From positions 34,899-98,898 of the forward strand of contig JAAYEH010000400.1 in assembly GCA_012728855.1 (NCBI GenBank): a stretch of DNA of 64,000 nucleotides, in the 5' to 3' direction. The notes under the pieces are model-generated. The model saw nothing but the letters and a program-made list of their open reading frames with translations. It had not been told where the DNA came from and did no database searches. Positions within the stretch are counted from its first letter, which is position 1. Every line of letters begins with the position of its first letter. Position numbers and translations under genes: made by a program. This DNA comes from Rhodopirellula sp. Lineage in GTDB: Bacteria; Planctomycetota; Planctomycetia; Pirellulales; Thermoguttaceae. Of the stretch, positions 1 to 7,776 are shown piece by piece.

Positions 1-1308
1 GGTCAGTCCGGGCACCGCGATGTCGTACTCGCCGCTGGCGTTGGGTTTCAGCGGCGGCTCGACGTCCCAATCGTAACGAGGCAGTTCCATCGAGTGCGTC
101 GAGTTCCAAGCCTGTTCCCAGGTGATCTCCTGCCCCGTATGGCAGACAAACTGGCCCAACAAAGCCAGCATCGTGCTGCCGACCATGTACTCGCCGTTGT
201 TGATCGGCTTGCCCGCGCGAATCGAGTCGAACAACTCCTGATGCTCGACATCGTACATATTGGTCTTCGGGCCTTCGTACTGCCACGGATTGGCCCCCTC
301 GATCGTGCCGGAGAGCAGGGAAGCAAACCCCTTGGTGCCGCAGATCTTGTCGGTCATTTCGTTGTAGCAACCGACCTGATTGCGACAAATGCCGAAAGTC
401 CGGACGCCGTTGGCGTACTCGTAGACGATCGCCTGGTGATCGAAGAGGTCGCCGAACGACTCCCCGAAGCAGGCGGCTCGGCCGCCGACGCCCCAGGCCT
501 TCACCGGCGGCTCGTCGTGCATCGCCCAGGCGCCCTTGTCGATGCTGTGGATCAACTGCTGCAGCGTCTGATCGCCGGCCAGCCAGTTGAAGTGATACCA
601 GTCGCGCATCTGCCACTCGAGTTCCGACCACTCGGGATTGCGCTTGTGGACGTGGTAGGGGCCGACGGCATAGGTTTCCTGGATCGTCACGATATCACCG
701 ATCTGACCGTCGTGGACCCGCTGCATCGTCTCGCGGACGATCGGGTTGTAGCGATTGCACAGTCCGGAGACGATGCTCAGCTTCTTCGCTTCGGCTTTCT
801 TGCAGATCTCCCGAACCCGCTTCAATCCCGGCACGTCGAGCGAGTGCGGTTTCTCGCAGAAAACATGCTTGCCGGCGTCCACGGCCGCTTCGAGCATACG
901 AGGATGGAAATGCGAGGCGGCCGCGATGAGCACCACATCGATTCCGCTGTCGATCACTTTGCGGTAGGCGTCGAAGCCGACAAAGCAGTGGTCGTCCGCC
1001 ACGGCCACCTGCTCGGGCTTGATCTTCTTCAGCCGGTCGCGGCTGCCGCGGACTTTGTCTTCGAAGACGTCGGCCATGGCAACGAGTTGGATATCCGTGC
1101 CGGCGTTCATCGCGTTTACCGCGGCGCCCGAGCCGCGCCCGCCGCAACCGATCAGTCCGATCTTGAAGCCACCGTCCCCGGCGGCGTGGGCGAATCGCGA
1201 GACGGGAAGCGTGGCCGCCATCGCGGCCCCGGCTGTCAGGGCGGTCTTCTGGAGAAACACACGACGAGAAGGTTGTCCGTGATGTGATGTGCTGCGCGGT
1301 GGGCTCAT
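1..1308 (-). CDS. Gfo/Idh/MocA family oxidoreductase with Tat signal (3' end runs off the window)
   Basis: Absent from the ORF track because it is open at the window edge. My translation from ATG 1308 gives MSPPRSTSHHGQPSRRVFLQKTALTAGAAMAA (twin-Arg signal), then FKIGLIGCGGRGSGAAVNAM (Rossmann motif) and VFCEKP. The listed + ORF 94..1287 is its antisense shadow. Confidence 0.85.
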   Translation of the reverse strand, partial: MSPPRSTSHHGQPSRRVFLQKTALTAGAAMAATLPVSRFAHAAGDGGFKIGLIGCGGRGSGAAVNAMNAGTDIQLVAMADVFEDKVRGSRDRLKKIKPEQVAVADDHCFVGFDAYRKVIDSGIDVVLIAAASHFHPRMLEAAVDAGKHVFCEKPHSLDVPGLKRVREICKKAEAKKLSIVSGLCNRYNPIVRETMQRVHDGQIGDIVTIQETYAVGPYHVHKRNPEWSELEWQMRDWYHFNWLAGDQTLQQLIHSIDKGAWAMHDEPPVKAWGVGGRAACFGESFGDLFDHQAIVYEYANGVRTFGICRNQVGCYNEMTDKICGTKGFASLLSGTIEGANPWQYEGPKTNMYDVEHQELFDSIRAGKPINNGEYMVGSTMLALLGQFVCHTGQEITWEQAWNSTHSMELPRYDWDVEPPLKPNASGEYDIAVPGLT

Positions 1309-1351
1309 GACAAATCCTCGCTGGTGGGAATAGAGGTGGGACAATTGGTTA

Positions 1352-1518
1352 GCATCGGCGAATGAATAACTGTCGCAAAATCGACGCGGGAGGGGGTCGG
1401 GAGTCTTTTTTCGTGTCGGCCGGGCGACGCTTTCGTGTATGGACAGACGCTTTTCCGGCCGACACGAAAAAAGACTCCCGACCCCCTCGGCCCCACCCAG
1501 TTCTTCATTCGCCGATCC
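1352..1518. repeat. Nested-palindrome MITE-like element, long form, copy 1
   Basis: Outer arms are ATCGGCGAATGAATAACTGT and CAGTTCTTCATTCGCCGATCC. The inner 30-bp stem GGGGTCGGGAGTCTTTTTTCGTGTCGGCCG (1393-1422) pairs with 1456-1485. Same architecture as 59545-59729. Confidence 0.8.
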
Positions 1519-1825
1519 CTGGCAGCCAGGCTGCTGGCAACCCACAGAATACCCCACCTGCCGACCGGCGGCAATTGTGGGCATCCCGAGCAGCCCGGTT
1601 GCCGCGGAGCAGCCGCGCTGTTGGTCGAACGATCAGCCCTCGCGACCCTGCCTTCCAGGGGGGTGTTTTCTCTTCAATCCGGCCGTTGCCTTACTAATCT
1701 GGCTCAATCCGTCACCAAAATGGTTGACACGGGCGTGCGGCGAGGCGAAAAAGGGTGGTTGTCGGGGGCACGTTTGAATCCCGGGAGCCGTTCCGTTCGT
1801 TCTCATCTGCCAAGGGGAGCTTCGT

Positions 1826-4075
1826 ATGACTTCGATCTCTGGCACGTCGTTTCGCGGTCCGGTTCGTCTGGCCCGCCCTTTCGTGGCCGTCCTTTTGCCG
1901 AGCGCGTTGGCCGTCGCGCTGTTGTCCGGCTGCGGCGAACCGCCGCCGCCTCCGGCGCCGCCCGCCCCGGAAACTCCCGTGGTCGAGGCGCCGAAACCCA
2001 AACCGATTGAATTGGCGGAATTAGCTCCCATCACTCTCACCCCAGGCGAGAGCGCCGAGGTCGAGGTGAACGTTGTGCGCAACGACAACACCGGCCCAAT
2101 CCAAATCCAGGTCGTCGAACCGCCTCAGGGCGTTACGGCGGAAGCGGTCGAGATCCCCGCGGACGCCTCGTCCGGCAAGTTGAAAGTGGTCGCGGCCGAG
2201 TCATTGGGCGATGAGAAGTTGATGACCACGCTCCGCGTGACCGCCAAAGTCGGAGAACAGCAATCCGAACGCAATTTGGGACTAACGGTCAACAAAATCA
2301 ATCTCCCCAAGCTGGCATCGCCCCCGCCGACTTTGCTGCAACCCGGCGCGAGCAAGACGGCCGAAGTGAAGATCGACCGCAACGGCTATACCGGCCCTCT
2401 CGAACTCACCCTGGAAAACCTGCCGGCGAAAGTCACCGGCACGGTCGAGAGCGTCGCGGCGGACAAGAGCACGGCCAAACTGGAGTTGAATGCCGCCGGC
2501 GATGCCCAGAACGTCACGCAGCCGGCTCGGGTCGTTGTCAAGCTCTATGGCCGGACCGTCGCCGCCGACGTGCCGATTCAGGTCGATCGAACCCCGTACA
2601 AGGTCGAGTCCTTCAAGGCCGTTTCGATCAAACCCGGCGAGACCAAGGAGATCAAAATTCCCATCCAGCGGAACAGCTATACCGGCCCGCTGGACTTGAA
2701 CATGGCGGACCTGCCCGAGGGAATCACGGTTTCCAAGGTACAGGTCGCCGCCAATCAGAAAGAAGCGACACTGACACTGAAGGCGGCTCCGGACGCCAAA
2801 GAACGAGTCCGCTCGGCGAAGGTCGTTTCGACCGGCGGCGTCTTGAGCAGCACCGATCCGATCATTCTGCGCATTTCCACCGAAGGCAGAGGTTTTCTGC
2901 CGCCGGAATTCGCCGCCAACCCCGACGGTTCGGTTCTGCTCCGCCGCGGTTCGTTCGGCGGCAGACTCACCGCCGAGTCGAAACAGGCTCTATTGGACGC
3001 CTTCGGCGGCACGGCCGAATCCGAAGCGGCCGTGATGCGCGGACTGAAATGGCTTGCCGCACACCAGCAGCCCAACGGGAGCTGGAAGCTCAAGGGCTAC
3101 GGCGAAGGCATCGAGGGTTGCGACTGTGTCAGCGATGCCGAGAAGGAAGTGGTCGACTACGATACGGCGGGCACGGCCTTCGGCCTGCTGCCGTTTTTGG
3201 GCGCCGGGGTCACTCACAACCGCGCGCCGGAGAGCCCGCCCGAGTTGGCCCAATACAAGAGCGTCGTCGAAAAGGGCCTCGTCTTCCTGGGCCAGAGCCA
3301 GATCGCATCGAAGAAGGAGAGCGAGGACGGCAGTCTGGGCGGAAACATGTATGCCCACGCCCTGGGGACGATCGCGCTATGCGAAGCCTACGGCCTTTCC
3401 GGCGACGAGCGGCTGAAGGTGCCGACGCAGCGAGCGGTGATGTACATGATGAACGCCCAGCACAAGGAGGGCGGCTGGCGCTACGGCTACAACCAGGCGG
3501 GCGACATGTCGGCCACCGGCTGGGTCTTTCTCGCCATCCGCAGCGGGCAGCTTGCCGGGCTGTCGATCAAACGCGACCCGCTCGTCCGCGCCGAACGCTT
3601 TATCGAATCGTGCGCCTGCGGCCCGGAAGGGGCGAAACTCACCCGCTTCTGCTACATGCCAACCCAAGAGCCCAAGCCGACGCCCACCCTCACCGCGGCC
3701 GGAATGCTCACGCGTCAGTACCTTCTCACTCCCAAAGACGACCCCCAACTGGTCGAGGGGGTGAAGTATTTGATGGAGAACCTCCCCCCCGAATCCGGGA
3801 CGGCGCTGGGACCGATCTACTATTACTACTACGGCACCCAGGTGTTGCACCACATGGAAGGTCCGGAGTTCGACCTCTGGAACCATCGCATGCGCGAGCA
3901 CTTGATCCGCACGCAGCAGAAGGAAGGGCATAAGACCGGCAGTTGGGATATCGCGGGAGCGCCTTGGGGCACACGCGGCGGGCGGATGTATACCACGTCG
4001 ATGGCCCTGATGACGCTCGAGTGCTACTACCGTCATCTGCCGATGTACCGGCCGGTGAAACGGGTCGCGGAATAG
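1826..4075 (+). CDS. Lipoprotein with three Ig-like tandem repeats and a C-terminal prenyltransferase/squalene-oxidase-repeat (terpenoid-cyclase-like) domain
   Basis: Lipobox LLSGC. Three repeats of about 90 aa (PGESAEVEVNVVRNDNTGPIQ / PGASKTAEVKIDRNGYTGPLE / PGETKEIKIPIQRNSYTGPLD). QW-like repeats WLAAHQQPNGSW, NAQHKEGGWRY, RTQQKEGHKTGSW. Confidence 0.75.
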   Translation: MTSISGTSFRGPVRLARPFVAVLLPSALAVALLSGCGEPPPPPAPPAPETPVVEAPKPKPIELAELAPITLTPGESAEVEVNVVRNDNTGPIQIQVVEPPQGVTAEAVEIPADASSGKLKVVAAESLGDEKLMTTLRVTAKVGEQQSERNLGLTVNKINLPKLASPPPTLLQPGASKTAEVKIDRNGYTGPLELTLENLPAKVTGTVESVAADKSTAKLELNAAGDAQNVTQPARVVVKLYGRTVAADVPIQVDRTPYKVESFKAVSIKPGETKEIKIPIQRNSYTGPLDLNMADLPEGITVSKVQVAANQKEATLTLKAAPDAKERVRSAKVVSTGGVLSSTDPIILRISTEGRGFLPPEFAANPDGSVLLRRGSFGGRLTAESKQALLDAFGGTAESEAAVMRGLKWLAAHQQPNGSWKLKGYGEGIEGCDCVSDAEKEVVDYDTAGTAFGLLPFLGAGVTHNRAPESPPELAQYKSVVEKGLVFLGQSQIASKKESEDGSLGGNMYAHALGTIALCEAYGLSGDERLKVPTQRAVMYMMNAQHKEGGWRYGYNQAGDMSATGWVFLAIRSGQLAGLSIKRDPLVRAERFIESCACGPEGAKLTRFCYMPTQEPKPTPTLTAAGMLTRQYLLTPKDDPQLVEGVKYLMENLPPESGTALGPIYYYYYGTQVLHHMEGPEFDLWNHRMREHLIRTQQKEGHKTGSWDIAGAPWGTRGGRMYTTSMALMTLECYYRHLPMYRPVKRVAE

Positions 4076-4096
4076 CTGTCCACCGGCGAACCATTC

Positions 4097-4136
4097 CAGC
4101 AGCCCGGCTGATCGCTTCGGCTCAGCCGGGCCGCTG
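4097..4136 (+). terminator. Hairpin downstream of the lipoprotein gene (possible terminator; member of the CAGCCGGGCTG hairpin family)
   Basis: GCCCGGCTGA (4102-4111) pairs perfectly with TCAGCCGGGC (4122-4131). The stem is extended by CAGC/GCTG. Only a weak T tract follows. Confidence 0.4.
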
Positions 4137-4320
4137 ATTCTGGCACGGTGTAGCGCCGCCCTAAGGGTGGGTGCCGAAGAACTCGGTTGCATGGTGGTGT
4201 GGTTTCGTCGAGCCATCCACCAGGAGACATGGTTTCATTACTACTCCAGGTAGTTTTGCGGACTGAGACGATCTTTCCGGCGGCGACTTCTCGCTATTTT
4301 GCGCAGACTGCGCGACTGTC

Positions 4321-4348
4321 TAAACTTATTGCCGCTTGCTGCCGATCA
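4321..4348 (+). promoter_or_regulatory. Sigma-28 (FliA)-like promoter candidate for fliD-fliS
   Basis: TAAA (4321-4324), 16-nt spacer, GCCGATCA (4341-4348), compared with the consensus TAAA-N15-GCCGATAA. It lies about 50 nt upstream of ATG 4402. Confidence 0.35.
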
Positions 4349-4401
4349 TGTTTGGATGCGGCGGATTCTTTCCCCACCCCTCCTTGCGCGCAGAACTCCT
4401 C

Positions 4402-7164
4402 ATGGGACGCATTCAGACGAACATCGGCCTGATTACCGGCATGGCGATCGGAGATACGGTCGACCAACTCATGGCGCTGGCGGCCGCGCCCCGCGACCAG
4501 TTGGCTGCGCGAACCTCGCTGCTGGAGAAAGAACAGGTTGCGGTCACAGAACTCTCCGCCATGTTGCTGGCGGTCCAATACGTCACCGACAATCTCGGCA
4601 AGGCCGACCTATTTGAAAGGTCGCAGGCCACCAGCGGCGCCCCCGATTTTCTTGCGGCAACGGTCACCGGCAAGCCCGCCAACGGGCTGTATCAATTCAC
4701 CCCGCTGCGAACCGTGCAGTCGCAGCAGTTGCTCAGTTCCGGTATCCGCTCCGACAGCGAGCCGATCGGCGCGGGCACGCTCCGTTTCCGCTTCGGCAGC
4801 AACGTGCAGCGGAGCGCCACTTTGGATCTGATCGGCGGCGGCGAGGGGATCGCCCGCGGCAAGATCCGTGTAACCGATCGCAGCGGCGCCAGCAGCGAAA
4901 TCGACTTGTCCAGAGTGCAGACGATCGACGACGTGCTGGAGGCAATCAACACCGCCTCAGCCATCAACGTCACCGCGGTAGCCCAGGGAGACAAGATTCG
5001 TCTGGTCGACAACACCGGCCAGGCCGTCTCGAATCTCAAGGTGCAGGAGGTCGGCCGCAGCACGACGGCGGCTTCGCTCGGGCTGGCCGGCATTGACGTG
5101 GCCGGCGACGTGGCCGACGGCCAGGACATATTCCGGCTCACGCGGGAGATGGAACTCGACGCACTGAACGACGGCAACGGCGTGCGGGTCAGCGTCTCGC
5201 TGCCCGACCTCGAGTACAACCTTCGCGACGGCACCCACGGCACGATCGATCTGTCGCCGATTGTCAGCGGCAGCAGCGAGGTCCAGCGCGAAACCACGCT
5301 GGGCGAAATGCTCGACGTCATCAATCAAGCCGCACCGGACAAGCTCAAGGTCGAGATTGCCCCCGGCGGCGATCGCCTGATCGTCACCGACCTGACCGAG
5401 GGAGAAAACCCCTTCACCCTCACTTCTCTCTACGACTCCAAAGCGGCCGAAGGACTTGGCATCGACGGCGGGTCCGTGGACGGCACGATCACGGGCCGCC
5501 GACTGCTGGGCGGGCTGAAAACGGTGCTTCTTTCCAGCCTCAACGGCGGCAACGGGGTCGGCGAACTCGGCCTTCTGGAGTTGACCGACCGCGGCGGGGC
5601 CTCGGATACCGTGGATCTCTCCGGGGCGGAGACCTTGCAGGACGTCGTGGACGCGATCAACGCCTCGACCGCCGGCATTACCGCCCGGATCAACGATGCC
5701 CAGACCGGAATCGTGCTGAGCGACACGACCGGTCTTTCCAACGGTTCGATGGTGGTTGCCGACGGCGACGCCACCGAAACCGCAGGCAAACTCGGGATCG
5801 CGGTCAATGGCGACGTCGCCAAGATCGACAGCGGCGACATGCATCTGCAGGTCATCGGGCACAACACGCGCCTGGAGGATCTCAACGGCGGCGCCGGGAT
5901 GGCCAAGGGAAAACTCACCATTACCGACAGCACCGGATTGAGCCGGACCCTCGACCTTCGCGGCGACACGATCCAGACGGTGGGCGACGTGATCACCGCC
6001 ATCCACCGCTTGGGCGTGGCAGTGCGAGCGGAGATCAACGAGACCGGCGACGGGATTCGCCTCCGCGACATCGGCGGGGGCGACGGCCGGCTCCGCGTTA
6101 TCGAAAACGGCTCCACCACGGCGGCCGACCTTCATATCCTCGGCGTGGCCGAGGACGTGGAAATCGACGGAGAGACGAAACAAGTGATCGACGGCAGCGG
6201 CACCTACACGGTCACGCTCGATGATGACGATACCTTGGACGATCTGAAGCGTAAGATCAACAATCTCCAAGCCGGCGTCGCCGCTTCGATCTTCGTCGAC
6301 GGTTCGAGCAAGCCCTACCGGCTGGCGCTGACCAGCCAACGCGCGGGAGAAGCCGGCGCAATGGTCATCGACGCCTCCGACTTCGGTTTTTCCCTGCAGG
6401 AGACGGTGGCAGCCCGCGATGCGCTGTTGACATACGGCCAGAGTGGCATCGCCGGCGCTGAAGTGCTGGTGTCGTCCACGTCGAACTCGTTCGACAACCT
6501 GGTCGATGGCCTGCGTCTGCAGGTGAAGCAGGCGTCGGCATCGCCGGTGACCGTTTCGATCGCCACCACCGACACCGACTTGACCGCCAGTGTCCAGGCG
6601 ATGGTGGAGAACTACAACCGCTTTCGAACCACGCTTGCCAAGTACACGGCCTACGATCCCGATCAGAACGTGAAGGCCGTGTTGACGGGCGATTCCGCCG
6701 CCCTGCGACTCGATACGGAACTGTCGCAACTGTTGAGCGGCCGGATCCTGGGGGCGGGCTCGATTCAATCCGTCGCGGAACTGGGGCTTACCTTCAACGA
6801 CGACGGAACGCTCGCTTTCGATTCGGCCAAACTCAAAGCGAAGTTCGCCGCCGATCCCGCCGCCGTGAAGGCGTTTTTCACGACGGCCCAGACCGGGCTA
6901 TCGGCGCGGTTTAAGACGCTGAGCGAGCAATTGGCCAATCCCGACAACTCCCTCCTCTCGCACCGATTCGACGCCTTGCTCTCGAAGATCGAGCAGAACA
7001 GCCAACGAATCGAACTGATGGATGCGCGATTGGAGAAACAAAGAGAGCAGATGCTGATGAAGTTCTATCGCATGGAACTGGCGATCGCCAAGATTCAGAG
7101 CAACATGACTGCGATCGAATCGATCCGACCGCTGCCGTCGATGCTCGGCAGCGGCGACGAGTGA
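4402..7164 (+). CDS. fliD: Flagellar filament cap protein FliD (hook-associated protein 2), unusually long with repeated central modules
   Basis: N-terminus GLITGMAIGDTVDQLMALAAAPRDQLAARTSLLEKEQ. C-terminus NYNRFRTTLAKYTAY..FDSAKLKAKFAADPAAVKAFF..RIELMDARLEKQREQMLMKFYRMELAIAKIQS (FliD_N/FliD_C pattern). Start moved from TTG 4336 to ATG 4402. Confidence 0.85.
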   Translation: MGRIQTNIGLITGMAIGDTVDQLMALAAAPRDQLAARTSLLEKEQVAVTELSAMLLAVQYVTDNLGKADLFERSQATSGAPDFLAATVTGKPANGLYQFTPLRTVQSQQLLSSGIRSDSEPIGAGTLRFRFGSNVQRSATLDLIGGGEGIARGKIRVTDRSGASSEIDLSRVQTIDDVLEAINTASAINVTAVAQGDKIRLVDNTGQAVSNLKVQEVGRSTTAASLGLAGIDVAGDVADGQDIFRLTREMELDALNDGNGVRVSVSLPDLEYNLRDGTHGTIDLSPIVSGSSEVQRETTLGEMLDVINQAAPDKLKVEIAPGGDRLIVTDLTEGENPFTLTSLYDSKAAEGLGIDGGSVDGTITGRRLLGGLKTVLLSSLNGGNGVGELGLLELTDRGGASDTVDLSGAETLQDVVDAINASTAGITARINDAQTGIVLSDTTGLSNGSMVVADGDATETAGKLGIAVNGDVAKIDSGDMHLQVIGHNTRLEDLNGGAGMAKGKLTITDSTGLSRTLDLRGDTIQTVGDVITAIHRLGVAVRAEINETGDGIRLRDIGGGDGRLRVIENGSTTAADLHILGVAEDVEIDGETKQVIDGSGTYTVTLDDDDTLDDLKRKINNLQAGVAASIFVDGSSKPYRLALTSQRAGEAGAMVIDASDFGFSLQETVAARDALLTYGQSGIAGAEVLVSSTSNSFDNLVDGLRLQVKQASASPVTVSIATTDTDLTASVQAMVENYNRFRTTLAKYTAYDPDQNVKAVLTGDSAALRLDTELSQLLSGRILGAGSIQSVAELGLTFNDDGTLAFDSAKLKAKFAADPAAVKAFFTTAQTGLSARFKTLSEQLANPDNSLLSHRFDALLSKIEQNSQRIELMDARLEKQREQMLMKFYRMELAIAKIQSNMTAIESIRPLPSMLGSGDE

Positions 7165-7249
7165 GTTGGAACAGGGGGGCCGGGCCAAGGATCCTCGTTC
7201 CCACTTCGGCGGATTCGGCTCGGATTTCACATCACGGAAAGGAATCAGA

Positions 7250-7747
7250 ATGTCGTTCTCGGCGCAAGATAACTACCTGACGACGGAAGTGCTCACGGCC
7301 ACACCGCAGCGGCTGCAACTTTTGCTCGTCGAAGCGGCGATCCGCTGCTGCGGGCAGGCGCGCCGGCATTGGGCGGACGAACAGTCGCTCGAGGCCAGCG
7401 AGTCCCTGATCCATGCCCAGAACATCGTCACGGAAATGCTCACCAGCTTGAATCACCAGGGGGACGAAACGGCCAAGAAGCTGGCCTCGGTCTACCTCTT
7501 TGTCTTTCGAGCCCTCACCGAGGCCAACCTCGAACACGACGAAGACCAACTGAACAGCGCGATTCGGGTGCTGGAGACCGAACGGGAGACCTGGCAGCAG
7601 GTTTGCCGGAAGTTCGGCAGCAGCGAAGCCTCGCAATCGGCGGGCCATGTGTCGTTATCCAATATCGCCGCCTCGCCGGCCGCCCCACTGGTCAGCTTCC
7701 CCGAGATCGCCGACGCGACGTATGGCGGCTTTTCGGTGGAAGCGTGA
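7250..7747 (+). CDS. fliS: Flagellar export chaperone FliS (with a C-terminal extension of about 35 aa)
   Basis: MSFSAQDNYLTTEVLTATPQRLQLLLVEAAIRCCGQAR..ASVYLFVFRALTEANL is typical of FliS. RBS GGAAAGGAA precedes ATG 7250. Lies directly downstream of fliD. Confidence 0.8.
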   Translation: MSFSAQDNYLTTEVLTATPQRLQLLLVEAAIRCCGQARRHWADEQSLEASESLIHAQNIVTEMLTSLNHQGDETAKKLASVYLFVFRALTEANLEHDEDQLNSAIRVLETERETWQQVCRKFGSSEASQSAGHVSLSNIAASPAAPLVSFPEIADATYGGFSVEA

Positions 7748-7776
7748 TATTGCCCGCGCAAAGGGGTCGGGAGTCC

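Noticed and set aside
94-1287. 397-aa + strand ORF at the left edge.
   Set aside because: It is the antisense shadow of the Gfo/Idh/MocA gene, which is open at the window edge and therefore missing from the track. Its composition (runs of V/D/L/R/H/A) is not protein-like, whereas the minus-strand translation has Tat, Rossmann and EKP motifs.
1362-1697. Short ORFs translated through the palindromic elements. These give peptides such as KKDSRPP, KKRLPTPS and GVGSLF at 1362, 25232, 56291 and 59513.
   Set aside because: The same peptides appear on both strands at every copy because the DNA is palindromic. They have no SD and no conservation outside the repeat.
4957-6768. 603-aa minus-strand ORF.
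   Set aside because: It lies entirely inside fliD on the opposite strand, is Arg/Gly/Val-rich and has no motifs. This is a typical high-GC shadow ORF.
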